From the human T2T-CHM13v2.0 reference genome, Homo sapiens: a DNA stretch of 64,000 nucleotides. Of this stretch, positions 45,700-63,400 are shown piece after piece; position 1 is the first letter of the stretch; every line of letters begins with the position of its first letter. Position numbers and translations under genes: made by a program. The notes under the pieces were generated by a model. That model was given only the letters and a program-made list of their open reading frames with translations. It had not been told where the DNA came from and made no database searches. Where the stretch lies: the NCBI RefSeq assembly GCF_009914755.1, contig NC_060937.1. The stretch is one strand, 5' to 3'.

Positions 45700-47150
45700 A
45701 TACATTATATACTGTAAATAAAATATGAAATTACATCAAATATATTTTATATTAGGTACATAAAATATGAAAGTACATCAAATATAGATTATATACTGTA
45801 CATTAAATACCAAAGTACCCCAAATATACATTTTATACTGTACATGAAATATCAAAGTTCACAAACTATATATTATATACTGTACATAAATTATCAAAGT
45901 GCCCAAGGTATATATTCTATACTGTACAAAAAATATCAAAGTACCCAAAGCATGTATTATATACTGTACATAAAATATGAAAGTACATCAAATATATATT
46001 TTATTCTGTACATAATATATCAAAGTACACCAGATATATATTCTATAGTGTACATAAAATAACAAAGTACACAAACTATACATTATATACTGTACATAAA
46101 ATATGAAATTACATCAAATATATATTAGGTACATAAAATATGAAAGTACATCAAATATAGATTATATACTGTACATAAAATATCAATGTACCCCAAATAT
46201 ATATTTTATACTATACATGAAATATCAAAGTTCACAAACCATATATTGTATACTGTACATAAAATATCAAAGTACCCAAGGTATATGTTCTATACTGTAC
46301 AAAAAATATCAAAGTACCCAAAGCATGTATTATATACTGTACATAAAATATGAAGGTACATCAAATATATATTTTATTCTGTACATAAAATATCAAAGTA
46401 CACCAGATATATATTCTATAGTGTACATAAAATATCAAAGTACCCAAACTATACAGTATATACTGTAAATAAAATATGAAATTACATCAAATATATTTTA
46501 TATTAGGTACAAAAAATATGAAAGTACATCAAATATAGATTATATACTGTACATTAAATACCAAAGTACCCCAAATATATATTTTATACTGTACATGAAA
46601 TATCAAAGTTCACAAACTATATATTATATACTGTACATAAATTATCAAAGTACCCAAGGTATATATTCTATACTGTACAAAAAATATCAAAGTACCCAAA
46701 GCATGTATTATATACTGTACATAAAACATGAAAGTACATCAAATATATATTTTATTCTGTACATAATATATCAAAGTACACCAGATATATATTCTATAGT
46801 GTACATAAAATAACAAAGTACACAAACTATTCATTATATACTGTACATAAAATATGAAATTACATCAAATATATATTAGGTACATAAAATATGAAAGTAC
46901 ATCAAATATAGATTATATACTGTACATAAAATATCAATGTACCCCAAATATATATTTTATACTATACATGAAATATCAAAGTTCACAAACCATATATTGT
47001 ATACTGTACATAAAATATCAAAGTACCCAAGGTATATGTTCTATAATGTACAAAAAATATCAAAGTACCCAAAGCATGTATTATATACTGTACATAAAAT
47101 ATGAAAGTACATCAAATATATATTTTATTCTGTACATAAAATATCAAAGT
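45700..47150 (+). repeat. 751-bp (378+373) dimer duplication
   Basis: ORF pairs 45844/46595 and 46103/46854 with shared 'aaattatc', 'attgtata' and 'tatgttct' variants. Confidence 0.8.
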
Positions 47151-50100
47151 ACACCAGATATATATTCTATAGTGTACATAAAATAACAAAGTACACAAAC
47201 TATAAATTATATACTGTACATAAAATATGAAATTACATCAAATATATATTATATTAGGTACATAAAATATGAAAGTACATCAAATATAGATTATATACTG
47301 TACATAAAATATCAAAGTACCCCAAATATATATTATATACTCTACATGAAATATCAAAGTTCACAAACTATATATTATATACTGTACATAAAATAAAGTC
47401 CCCAAGGTATATATTCTATACTGTAGAAAAAATATCAAAGTACCCAAAGCATGTATTATATTCTGTATATAAAATATGAAAGTACATCAAATATATATTT
47501 TATTCTGTACATAATATATCAAAGTACACCAGATATATATTCTATAGTGTACATAAAATAACAAAGTACAAAAACTATAAATTATATACTGTACATAAAA
47601 TATGAAATTACATCTAATATATATTAGGTACATAAAATATGAAAGTACATCAAATATAGATTATATACTGTACATAAAATTTCAATGTACCCCAAATATA
47701 TATTTTATACTCTACATGAAATATCAAAGTTCACAAACCATATATTATATACTGTACATAAAATATCAAAGTACCCAAAGTATATATTCTACACTATACA
47801 AAAAATATCAAAGTACCCAAAGCATGTATTATATACTGTACCTAAAATATGAAAGTACATCAAATATATATTTTATTCTGTACATAAAATATCAAAGTAC
47901 ACCAGATATATATTCTATAGTGTACATAAAATATCAAAGTACCCAAACTATACATTATATACTGTACATAAAATATGAAATTACATCAAATATATTTTAT
48001 ATTAGGTACATAAAATATGAAAGTACATCAAATATAGATTATATACTGTACATTAAATACCAAAATACCCCAAATATATATTTTATACTGTACATGAAAT
48101 ATCAAAGTTCACAAACTATATATTATATACTGTAAATATAATATCAAAGTACCCAAGGTATATATTCTATACTGTACAAAAAATATCAAAGTACCCAAAG
48201 CATGTATTATATACAGTACATAAAATATGAAAGTACATCAAATATATATTTTATTCTGTACATAAAATATCAAAGTACACCAGATATATATTCTATAGTG
48301 TACATAAAATAACAAAGTACACAAACTATAAATTATATACTGTACATAAAATATGAAATTACATCAAATATATATTAGGTACATAAAATAAGAAAGTACA
48401 TCAAATATAGATTATATACTGTACATAAAATATCAATGTACCCCAAATATATATTTTATACTCTACATGAAATACCAAAGTTCACAAACCATATATTATA
48501 TACTGTACATAAGATATCAAAGTACCCAAGGTATATATTCTATACTGTACAAAAAATATCAAAGTACCCAAAGCATGTATTATATACTGTACATAAAATA
48601 TGAAAGTACATCAAATATATATTTTATTCTGTACATAAAATATCAAAGTACACCAGATATATATTCTACAGTGTACATAAAATATAAAAGTACCAAAACT
48701 ATACATTATATACTGTACATAAAATATGAAATTACATCAAATATATATTATATTAGTTACATAAAATATGAAAGTACATCAAATATAGATTATATACTGT
48801 ACATAAAATATCAAAGTACCCCAAATATATATTATATACTCTACATGAAATATCAAAGTTCACAAACTATATATTATATACTGTACATAAAATATCAAAG
48901 TACCCAAACTATACATTATATACTGTACATAAAATATGAAATTACATCAAATATATATTATATTAGGTACATAAAATATGAATGTACATCAAATATAGAT
49001 TATATACTGTACATTAAATACCAAAGTACCCCAAATATATATTTTATACTGTACATGAAATATCAAAGTTCACAAACTATATATTATATACTGTACATAA
49101 AATATCAATGTACCCAAGGTATATATTCTATACTGTACAAAAAATATCAAAGTACCCAAAGCATGTATTATATACTGTACCTAAAATATGAAAGTACATC
49201 AAATATATATTTTATTCTGTACATAAAATATCAAAGTACACCAGATATATATTCTATAGTGTACATAAAATATCAAAGTACCCAAACTATACATTATATA
49301 CTGTACATAAAATATGAAATTACATCAAATATATATTATATTAGGTACATAAAATATGAAAGTACATCAAATATAGATTATACAGTGTACATAAAACATC
49401 AAAGTACCCCAAATATATATTATATAATCTACATGAAATATCAAAGTTCACAAACTATATATTATATACTGTACATAAAATAAAGTCCCCAAGGAATATA
49501 TTCTATACTGTAGAAAAAATATCAAAGTACCCAAAGCATGTATTATTTACTGTATATAAAATATGAAAGTACATCAAATATATATTTTATTCTGTACATA
49601 ATATATCAAAGTACACCAGAAATATATTCTATAGTGTACATAAAATAAAAAAGTACAAAAACTATAAATTATATACTGTACATAAAATATGAAATTAGAT
49701 CAAATATATATTAGGTACATAAAATATGAAAGTACATCAAATATAGATTATATACTGTACATAAAATTTCAATGTACCCCAAATATATATTTTATACTCT
49801 ACATGAAATATCAAAGTTCAAATCCATATATTATATACTGTACATAAAATATCAAAGTACCCAAGGTATATATTCTGTACTATACAAAAAATATCAAACT
49901 ACCCAAAGCATGTATTATATACTGTACCTAAAATATGAATGTACATCAAATATATATTTTATTCTGTACATAAAATATCAAAGTACACCAGATATATATT
50001 CTATAGAGTACACAAAATATCAAAGTATCCAAACTATACATTATGTACTGTAAATAAAATATGAAATTACATCAAATATATTTTATATTAGGTACATAAA

Positions 50101-53100
50101 ATATGAAAGTACATCAAATATAGATTATATACTGTACGTTAAATACCAAGGTACCCCAAATATATATTTTATACTGTACATGAAATATCAAAGTTCACAA
50201 ACTATATATTATATACTGTACATAAATTATCAAAGTACCCAAGGTATATATTCTATACTGTACAAAAAATATCAAAGTACCCAAAGCATGTATTATATAC
50301 TGTACATAAAATATGAAAGTACATCAAATATATATATTATTCTGTACATAATATATCAAAGTACACCAGATATATATTCTATAGTGTACATAAAATAACA
50401 AAGTACACAAACTATACATTATATACTGTACATAAAGTATGAAATTACATCAAATATATATTAGGTACATAAAATATGAAAGTACATCAAATATAGATTA
50501 TATAGTGTACATAAAATATCAATGTACCCCAAATATATATTTTATACTTGACATGAAATATCAAAGTTCACAAACCATATATTGTATACTGTACATAAAA
50601 TATCAAAGTACCCAAGGTATATGTTCTATACTGTACAAAAAATATCAAAGTACCCAAAGCATGTATTATATACTGTACATAAAATATGAAAGTACATAAA
50701 ATATATATTTTATTCTGTACATAAAATATCAAAGTACACCAGATATATATTCTATAGTGTACATAAAATAACAAAGTACACAAACTATAAATTATATACT
50801 GTACATAAAATATGAAATTACATCAAATATATATTATATTAGGTACATAAAATATGAAAGTACATCAAATATAGATTATATACTGTACATAAAATATCAA
50901 AGTACCCCAAATATATATTATATACTCTACATGAAATATCAAAGTTCACAAACTATATATTATATACTGTACATAAAATAAAGTCCCCAAGGTATATATT
51001 CTATACTGTACAAAAAATATCAAAGTACCCAAAGCATGTATTATATACTGTACATAAAATATGAAAGTACATCAAATATATATTTTATTCTGTACATAAT
51101 ATATCAAAGTACACCAGATATATATTCTATAGTGTACATAAAATAACAAAGTACAAAAACTATAAATTATATACTGTACATAAAATATGAAATTACATCT
51201 AATATATATTAGGTACATAAAATATGAAAGTACATCAAATATAGATTATATACTGTACATAAAATTTCAATGTACCCCAAATATATATTTTATACTCTAC
51301 ATGAAATATCAAAGTTCACAAACCATATATTATATACTGTACATAAAATATCAAAGTACCCAAAGTATATATTCTACACTATACAAAAAATATCAAAGTA
51401 CCCAAAGCATGTATTATATACTGTACCTAAAATATGAAAGTACATCAAATATATATTTTATTCTGTACATAAAATATCAAAGTACACCAGATATATATTC
51501 TATAGTGTACATAAAATATCAAAGTACCCAAACTATACATTATATACTGTACATAAAATATGAAATTACATCAAATATATTTTATATTAGGTACATAAAA
51601 TATGAAAGTACATCAAATATAGATTATATACTGTACATTAAATACCAAAGTACCCCAAATATATATTTTATACTGTACATGAAATATCAAAGTTCACAAA
51701 CTATATATTATATACTGTACATATAATATCAAAGTACCCAAGGTATATATTCTATACTGTACAAAAAATATCAAAGTACCCAAAGCATGTATTATATACA
51801 GTACATAAAATATGAAAGTACATCAAATATATATTTTATTCTGTACATAAAATATCAAAGTACACCAGATATATATTCTATAGTGTACATAAAATAACAA
51901 AGTACACAAACTATAAATTATATACTGTACATAAAATATGAAATTACATCAAATATATATTAGGTACATAAAATAAGAAAGTACATCAAATATAGATTAT
52001 ATACTGTACATAAAATATCAATGTACCCCAAATATATATTTTATACTCTACATGAAATACCAAAGTTCACAAACCATATATTATATACTGTACATAAGAT
52101 ATCAAAGTACCCAAGGTATATATTCTATACTGTACAAAAAATATCAAAGTACCCAAAGCATGTATTATATACTGTACATAAAATATGAAAGTACATCAAA
52201 TATATATTTTATTCTGTACATAAAATATCAAAGTACACCAGATATATATTCTATAGTGTACATAAAATATAAAAGTACCAAAACTATACATTATATACTG
52301 TACATAAAATAAGAAATTACATCAAATATATATTATATTAGTTACATAAAATATGAAAGTACATCAAATATAGATTATATACTGTACATAAAATATCAAA
52401 GTACCCCAAATATATATTATATACTCTACATGAAATATCAAAGTTCACAAACTATATATTATATACTGTACATAAAATATCAAAGTACCCAAACTATACA
52501 TTATATACTGTACATAAAATATGAAATTACATCAAATATATTTTATATTAGGTACATAAAATATGAATGTACATCAAATATAGATTATATACTGTACATT
52601 AAATACCAAAGTACCCCAAATATATATTTTATACTGTACATGAAATATCAAAGTTCACAAACTATATATTATATACTGTACATAAAATATCAATGTACCC
52701 AAGGTATATATTCTATACTGTACAAAAAATATCAAAGTACCCAAAGCATGTATTATATACTGTACCTAAAATATGAAAGTACATCAAATATATATTTTAT
52801 TCTGTACATAAAATATCAAAGTACACCAGATATATATTCTATAGTGTACATAAAATATCAAAGTACCCAAACTATACATTATATACTGTACATAAAATAT
52901 GAAATTACATCAAATATATATTATATTAGGTACATAAAATATGAAAGTACATCAAATATAGATTATACAGTGTACATAAAACATCAAAGTACCCCAAATA
53001 TATATTATATAATCTACATGAAATATCAAAGTTCACAAACTATATATTATATACTGTACATAAAATAAAGTCCCCAAGGAATATATTCTATACTGTAGAA

Positions 53101-54020
53101 AAAATATCAAAGTACCCAAAGCATGTATTATTTACTGTATATAAAATATGAAAGTACATCAAATATATATTTTATTCTGTACATAATATATCAAAGTACA
53201 CCAGAAATATATTCTATAGTGTACATAAAATAAAAAAGTACAAAAACTATAAATTATATACTGTACATAAAATATGAAATTAGATCAAATATATATTAGG
53301 TACATAAAATATGAAAGTACATCAAATATAGATTATATACTGTACATAAAATTTCAATGTACCCCAAATATATATTTTATACTCTACATGAAATATCAAA
53401 GTTCAAATCCATATATTATATACTGTACATAAAATATCAAAGTACCCAAGGTATATATTCTGTACTATACAAAAAATATCAAACTACCCAAAGCATGTAT
53501 TATATACTGTACCTAAAATATGAATGTACATCAAATATATATTTTATTCTGTACATAAAATATCAAAGTACACCAGATATATATTCTATAGTGTACACAA
53601 AATATCAAAGTATCCAAACTATACATTATGTACTGTAAATAAAATATGAAATTACATCAAATATATTTTATATTAGGTACATAAAATATGAAAGTACATC
53701 AAATATAGATTATATACTGTACGTTAAATACCAAGGTACCCCAAATATATATTTTATACTCTACATGAAATATCAAAGTTCACAAACTATATATTATATA
53801 CTGTACATAAATTATCAAAGTACCCAAGGTATATATTCTATACTGTACAAAAAATATCAAAGTACCCAAAGCATGTATTATATACTGTACATAAAATATG
53901 AAAGTACATCAAATATATATTTTATTCTGTACATAATATATCAAAGTACACCAGATATATATTCTATAGTGTACATAAAATAACAAAGTACACAAACTAT
54001 ACATTATATACTGTACATAA
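46850..54020 (+). repeat. 3585-bp tandem duplication (2 copies)
   Basis: ORF pairs 46854/50439, 47602/51187, 48467/52052, 49772/53357 and 50180/53765. Shared 'catctaat', 'aataagaaag', 'gttcaaatcc' and 'aattagatc'. Confidence 0.9.
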
Positions 54021-54479
54021 AATATGAAATTACATCAAATATATATTAGGTACATAAAATATGAAAGTACATGAAATATAGATTATATACTGTACATAAA
54101 ATATCAATGTACCCCAAATATATATTTTATACTATACATGAAATATCAAAGTTCACAAACCATATATTGTATACTGTACATATAATATCAAAGTACCCAA
54201 GGTATATATTCTATACTGTACAAAAAATAACAAAGTACCAAAAGCATGTATAATATACTGTACATAAAATATGAAAGTACATCAAATATATATTTTATTC
54301 TGTACATAAAATATCAAAGTACACCAGATATATATTCTATAGTGTACATAAAATATCAAAGTACCCAAACTATACATTATATACTGTACATAAAATATGA
54401 AATGACATCAAATATATTTTATATTAGGTACATAAAATATGAAAGTACATCAAATATAGATTATATACTGTACATAAAA

Positions 54480-57400
54480 TATCAAAGTACCCCAAATATA
54501 TATTATATACTCTACATGAAATATCAAAGTTCACAAACTATATATTATATACTGTACATAAAATATCAAAGTACCCAAGGTATATATTATATAATGTACA
54601 AAAAATATCAAAGTACCCAAAGCGTGTATTATATACTGTATATAAAATATGAAATTACATCAAATATATATTTTATTCTGTACATAAAATATCAAAGTAC
54701 ACCAGATATATATTCTATAGTGTACATAAAATATCAAAGTACCCAAACTATACATTATATACTGTACATAAAATATGAAATTACATCAAATATATATTAT
54801 ATTAGGTACATAAAATAAGAAAGTACATCAAATATAGATTATATACTGTACATTATATACCAAAGTACCCCAAATATATATTATATACTCTACATGAAAT
54901 ATCAAAGTTCACAAACTATATATTATATACTGTACGTAAAATATCAAAGTACCCAAGGTATATATTCTATACTGTACAAAAAATATCAAAGTACCCAAAG
55001 CATGTATTATATACTGTACCTAAAATATGAAAGTACATCAAATATATATTTTATTCTGTACATAAAATATCAAAGTACACCAGATATATATTCTATAGTG
55101 TACATAAAATATCAAAGTACCCAAACTATACATTATATACTGTACATAAAATATGAAATTACATCAAATATATATTATATTAGGTACATAAAATATGAAA
55201 GTACATCAAATATAGATTATACACTGTACATAAAATATCAAAGTACCCCAAATACATATTATATACTCTACATGAAATATCAAAGTTCACAAACTATATA
55301 TTATATACTGTACATAAAATAAAGTCCCCAAGGTATATATTCTATACTGTACAAAAAATATCAAAGTACCCAAAGCATGTATTATATACTGTATATAAAA
55401 TATGAAAGTACATCAAATATATATTTTATTCTGTACATAATATATCAAAGTACACCAGATATATATTCTATAGTGTACATAAAATAACAAAGTACAAAAA
55501 CTATAAATTATATACTGTACATAAAATATGAAATTACATCAAATATATATTAGGTACATAAAATATGAAAGTACATCAAATATAGATTATATACTGTACA
55601 TAAAATTTCAATGTACCCCAAATATATATTTTATACTCTACATGAAATATCAAAGTTCACAAACCATATATTATATACTGTACATAAAATATCAAAGTAC
55701 CCAAGGTATATATTCTATACTATACAAAAAATATCAAAGTACCCAAAGCATGTATTATATACTGTACCTAAAATATGAAAGTACAGCAAATATATATTTT
55801 ATTCTGTACATAAAATATCAAAGTACACCAGATATATATTCTATAGTGTACATAAAATATCAAAGTACCCAAACTATACATTATATACTGTACATAAAAT
55901 ATGAAATTAAATCAATTATATTTTATATTAGGTACATAAAATATGAAAGTACATCAAATATAGATTATATACTGTACATTAAATACCAAAGTACCCCAAA
56001 TATATATTTTATACTGTACATGAAATATCAAAGTTCACAAACTGTATATTATATACTGTACATATAATATCAAAGTACCCAAGGTATATATTCTATACTG
56101 TACAAAAAATAACAAAGTACCAAAAGCATGTATAATATACTGTACATAAAATATGAAAGTACATCAAATATATATTTTATTCTGTACATAAAATATCAAA
56201 GTACACCAGATATATATTCTATAGTGTACATAAAATATCAAAGTACCCAAACTATACATTATATACTGTAAATAAAATATGAAATTACATCAAATATATT
56301 TTATATTAGGTACATAAAATATGAAAGTACATCAAATATAGATTATATACTGTACGTTAAATAGCAAAGTACCCCAAATATATATTTTATACTGTACATG
56401 AAATATCAAAGTTCCCAAACCATACTTTATATACTCTACATAAATTATCAAAGTACCCAAGGTATATATTCTATACTGTACAAAAATTATCAAAGTACCC
56501 AAAGCATGTATTATATACTGTACATAAAATATGAAAGTACATCAAATATATATTTTATTCTGTTCATAATATATCAAAGTACACCAGATGTATATTCTAT
56601 AGTGTACATAAAATAACAAAGTACACAAACTATACATTATATACTGTACATAAAATATGAAATTACATCAAACATATATTAGGTACATAAAATATGAAAG
56701 TACATCAAATATAGATTATATACTGTGCATAAAATATCAATGTACCCCAAATATATATTTTATACTATACATGAAATATCAAAGTTCACAAACCATATAT
56801 TGTATACTGTACATAAAATATCAAAGTACCCAAGGTATATGTTCTATACTGTACAAAAAATATCAAAGTACCCAAAGCATATATATTATATACTGTATAT
56901 AAAATATGAAATTACATCAAATATATATTTTATTCTGTACATAAAATATCAAAGTACACCAGATATATATTCTATAGTGTACATAAAATATCAAAGTACC
57001 CAAACTATACATTATATACTGTACATAAAATATGAAATTACATCAATATATATTATATTAGGTACATAAAATATGAAAGTACATCAAATATAGATTATAT
57101 ACTGTACATAAAATATCAAAGTACCCCAAATATATATTATATACTCTACATGAAATATCAAAGTTCACAAACTATATATTATATACTGTACATAAAATAT
57201 CAAAGTACCCAAGGTATATATTATATAATGTACAAAAAATATCAAAGTACCCAAAGCGTGTATTATATACTGTATATAAAATATGAAATTACATCAAATA
57301 TATATTTTATTCTGTACATAAAATATCAAAGTACACCAGATATATATTCTATAGTGTACATAAAATATCAAAGTACCCAAACTATACATTATATACTGTA

Positions 57401-60400
57401 CATAAAATATGAAATTACATCAAATATATATTATATTAGGTACATAAAATAAGAAAGTACATCAAATATAGATTATATACTGTACATTATATACCAAAGT
57501 ACCCCAAATATATATTATATACTCTACATGAAATATCAAAGTTCACAAACTATATATTATATACTGTACGTAAAATATCAAAGTACCCAAGGTATATATT
57601 CTATACTGTACAAAAAATATCAAAGTACCCAAAGCATGTATTATATACTGTACCTAAAATATGAAAGTACATCAAATATATATTTTATTCTGTACATAAA
57701 ATATCAAAGTACACCAGATATATATTCTATAGTGTACATAAAATATCAAAGTACCCAAACTATACATTATATACTGTACATAAAATATGAAATTACATCA
57801 AATATATATTATATTAGGTACATAAAATATGAAAGTACATCAAATATAGATTATACACTGTACATAAAATATCAAAGTACCCCAAATACATATTATATAC
57901 TCTACATGAAATATCAAAGTTCACAAACTATATATTATATACTGTACATAAAATAAAGTCCCCAAGGTATATATTCTATACTGTACAAAAAATATCAAAG
58001 TACCCAAAGCATGTATTATATACTGTATATAAAATATGAAAGTACATCAAATATATATTTTATTCTGTACATAATATATCAAAGTACACCAGATATATAT
58101 TCTATAGTGTACATAAAATAACAAAGTACAAAAACTATAAATTATATACTGTACATAAAATATGAAATTACATCAAATATATATTAGGTACATAAAATAT
58201 GAAAGTACATCAAATATAGATTATATACTGTACATAAAATTTCAATGTACCCCAAATATATATTTTATACTCTACATGAAATATCAAAGTTCACAAACCA
58301 TATATTATATACTGTACATAAAATATCAAAGTACCCAAGGTATATATTCTATACTATACAAAAAATATCAAAGTACCCAAAGCATGTATTATATACTGTA
58401 CCTAAAATATGAAAGTACATCAAATATATATTTTATTCTGTACATAAAATATCAAAGTACACCAGATATATATTCTATAGTGTACATAAAATATCAAAGT
58501 ACCCAAACTATACATTATATACTGTACATAAAATATGAAATTAAATCAATTATATTTTATATTAGGTACATAAAATATGAAAGTACATCAAATATAGATT
58601 ATATACTGTACATTAAATACCAAAGTACCCCAAATATATATTTTATACTGTACATGAAATATCAAAGTTCACAAACTGTATATTATATACTGTACATATA
58701 ATATCAAAGTACCCAAGGTATATATTCTATAATGTACAAAAAATAACAAAGTACCAAAAGCATGTATAATATACTGTACATAAAATATGAAAGTACATCA
58801 AATATATATTTTATTCTGTACATAAAATATCAAAGTACACCAGATATATATTCTATAGTGTACATAAAATATCAAAGTACCCAAACTATACATTATATAC
58901 TGTAAATAAAATATGAAATTACATCAAATATATTTTATATTAGGTACATAAAATATGAAAGTACATCAAATATAGATTATATACTGTACGTTAAATAGCA
59001 AAGTACCCCAAATATATATTTTATACTGTACATGAAATATCAAAGTTCCCAAACCATAATTTATATACTCTACATAAATTATCAAAGTACCCAAGGTATA
59101 TATTCTATACTGTACAAAAATTATCAAAGTACCCAAAGCATGTATTATATACTGTACATAAAATATGAAAGTACATCAAATATATATTTTATTCTGTTCA
59201 TAATATATCAAAGTACACCAGATGTATATTCTATAGTGTACATAAAATAACAAAGTACACAAACTATACATTATATACTGTACATAAAATATGAAATTAC
59301 ATCAAACATATATTAGGTACATAAAATATGAAAGTACATCAAATATAGATTATATACTGTGCATAAAATATCAATGTACCCCAAATATATATTTTATACT
59401 ATACATGAAATATCAAAGTTCACAAACCATATATTGTATACTGTACATAAAATATCAAAGTACCCAAGGTATATGTTCTATACTGTACAAAAAATATCAA
59501 AGTACCCAAAGCATATATATTATATACTGTACATAAAATATGAAAGTACATCAAATATATATTTTATTCTGTACATAAAATATCAAAGTACACCAGATAT
59601 ATATTCTATAGTGTACATAAAATATCAAAGTACCCAAACTATACATTATATACTGTACATAAAATATGAAATTACATCAATATATATTATATTAGGTACA
59701 TAAAATATGAAAGTACATCAAATATAGATTATATACTGTACATAAAATATCAAAGTACCCCAAATATATATTATATACTCTACATGAAATATCAAAGTTC
59801 ACAAACCATATATTATATACTGTACATAAAATATCAAAGTACCCAAAGTATATATTCTATAATGTACAAAAAATATCAAAGTACCCAAAGCGTGTATTAT
59901 ATACTGTATATAAAATATGAAATTACATCAAATATATATTTTATTCTGTACATAAAATATCAAAGTACACCAGATATATATTCTATAGTGTACATAAAAT
60001 ATCAAAGTACCCAAACTATACATTATATACTGTACATAAAATATGAAATTACATCAAATATATATTATATTAGGTACATAAAATATGAAAGTACATCAAA
60101 TATAGATTATATACTGTACATTAATTACCAAAGTACCCCAAATATATATTATATACTCTACATGAAATATCAAAGTTCACAAACTATATATTATATACTG
60201 TACATAAAATATCAAAGTACCCAAGGTATATATTCTATACTGTACAAAAAATATCAAAGTACCCAATGCATGTATTATATACTGTACCTAAAATATGAAA
60301 GTACATCAAATATATATTTTATTCTGTACATAAAATATCAAAGTACACCAGATATATATTCTATAGTGTACATAAAATATCAAAGTACCCAAACTATACA

Positions 60401-63400
60401 TTATATACTGTACATAAAATATGAAATTACATCAAATATATATTATATTAGGTACATAAAATATGAAAGTACATCAAATATAGATTATACACTGTACATA
60501 AAATATCAAATTACCCCAAATATATATTATATACTCTACATGAAATATCAAAGTTCACAAACTATATATTATATACTGTACATAAAATAAAGTCCCCAAG
60601 GAATATATTCTATACTGTAGAAAAAATATCAAAGTACCCAAAGCATGTATTATATACTGTATATAAAATATGAAAGTACATCAAATATATATTTTATTCT
60701 GTACATAATATATCAAAGTACACCAGATATATATTCTATAGTGTACATAAAATAACAAATTACAAAAACTATAAATTATATACTGTACATAAAATATGAA
60801 ATTACATCAAATATATATTAGGTACATAAAATATGAAAGTACATCAAATATAGATTATATACTGTACATAAAATTTCAATGTACCCCAAATATATATTTT
60901 ATACTCTACATGAAATATCAAAGTTCACAAACAATATATTATATACTGTACATAAAATATCAAAGTACCCAAGGTATATATTCTATACTATACAAAAAAT
61001 ATCAAAGTACCCAAAGCATGTATTATATACTGTACCTAAAATATGAAAGTACATCAAATATATATTTTATTCTGTACATAAAATATCAAAGTACACCAGA
61101 TGTATATTCTATAGTGTACATAAAATATCAAAGTACCCAAACTATACATTATATACTGTACATAAAATATGAAATTACATCAAATATATTTTATATTAGG
61201 TACATAAAATATGAAAGTACATCAAATATAGATTATATACTGTACATTAAATACCAAAGTACCCCAAATATATATTTTATACTGTACATGAAATATCAAA
61301 GTTCACAAACTGTATATTATATACTGTACATATAATATCAAAGTACCCAAGGTATATATTCTATACTGTACAAAAAATAACAAAGTACCAAAAGCATGTA
61401 TAATATACTGTACATAAAATATGAAAGTACATCAAATATATATTTTATTCTGTACATAAAATATCAAAGTACACCAGATATATATTCTATAGTGTACATA
61501 AAATATCAAAGTACCCAAACTATACATTATATACTGTAAAAAAAATATGAAATTACATCAAATATATTTTATATTAGGTACATAAAATATGAAAGTACAT
61601 CAAATATAGATTATATACTGTACATTAAATAGCAAAGTACCCCAAATATATATTTTATACTGTACATGAAATATCAAAGTTCACAAACCATACTTTATAT
61701 ACTGTACATAAATTATCAAAGTACCCAAGGTATATATTCTATACTGTACAAAAATTATCAAAGTACCAAAAGCATGTATTATATACTGTACATAAAATAT
61801 GAAAGTACATCAAATATATATTTTATTCTGTACATAATATATCAAAGTACACCAGATATATATTCTATAGTGTACATAAAATAACAAAGTACACAAACTA
61901 TACATTATATACTGTACATAAAATATGAAATTACATCAAATATATATTAGGTACATAAAATATGAAAGTACATCAAATATAGATTATATACTGTGCATAA
62001 AATATCAATGTACCCCAAATATATATTTTATACTATACATGAAATATCAAAGTTCACAAACCATATATTGTATACTGTACATAAAATATCAAAGTACCCA
62101 AGGTATATGTTCTATACTGTACAAAAAATATCAAAGTACCCAAAGCATGTATATTATATACTGTACATAAAATATGAAAGTACATGAAATATATATTTTA
62201 TTCTGTACATAAAATATCAAAGTACACCAGATATATATTCTATAGTGTACATAAAATATCAAAGTACCCAAACTATACATTATATACAGTACATAAAATA
62301 TGAAATTACATCAATATATATTATATTAGGTACATAAAATATGAAATTACATCAAATATAGATTATATACTGTACATAAAATATCAAAGTACCCCAAATA
62401 TATATTATATACTCTACATGAAATATCAAAGTTCACAAACCATATATTATATACTGTACATAAAATATCAAAGTACCCAAGGTATATATTCTATAATGTA
62501 CAAAAAATATCGAAGTACCCAAAGCGTGTATTATATACTGTACCTAAAATATGAAAGTACATCAAATATATATTTTATTCTGTACATAAAATATCAAAGT
62601 ACACCAGATATATATTCTATAGTGTACATAAAATATCAAAGTACCCAAACTATACATTATATACTGTACATAAAATATGAAATTACATCAAATATATATT
62701 ATATTAGGTACATAAAATATGAAAGTACATCAAATATAGATTATACACTGTACATAAAATATCAAAGTACCCCAAATATATATTATATACTCTACATGAA
62801 ATATCAAAGTTCACAAACTATATATTATATACTGTACATAAAATAAAGTCCCCAAGGAATATATTCTATACTGTAGAAAAAATATCAAAGTACCCAAAGC
62901 ATGTATTATATACTGTATATAAAATATGAAAGTACATCAAATATATATTTTATTCTGTACATAATATATCAAAGTACACCAGATATATATTCTATAGTGT
63001 ACATAAAATAACAAATTACAAAAACTATAAATTATATACTGTACATAAAATATGAAATTACATCAAATATATATTAGGTACATAAAATATGAAAGTACAT
63101 CAAATATAGATTATATACTGTACATAAAATTTCAATGTACCCCAAATATATATTTTATACTCTACATGAAATATCAAAGTTCACAAACCATATATTATAT
63201 ACTGTACATAAAATATCAAAGTACCCAAGGTATATATTCTATACTATACAAAAAATATCAAAGTACCCAAAGCATGTATTATATACTGTACCTAAAATAT
63301 GAAAGTACATCAAATATATATTTTATTCTGTACATAAAATATCAAAGTACACCAGATGTATATTCTATAGTGTACATAAAATATCAAAGTACCCAAACTA

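Noticed and set aside
5060-50783. Short hydrophobic minus-strand ORFs
   Set aside because: They are antisense reads of the same repeat, opened by chance point variants.
37951-62846. TATA-like motifs throughout, and AATAAA created by the 39-bp B variant
   Set aside because: These are expected in such AT-rich repeats. There is no independent evidence of promoter or polyadenylation function, so they are not called as regulatory features.
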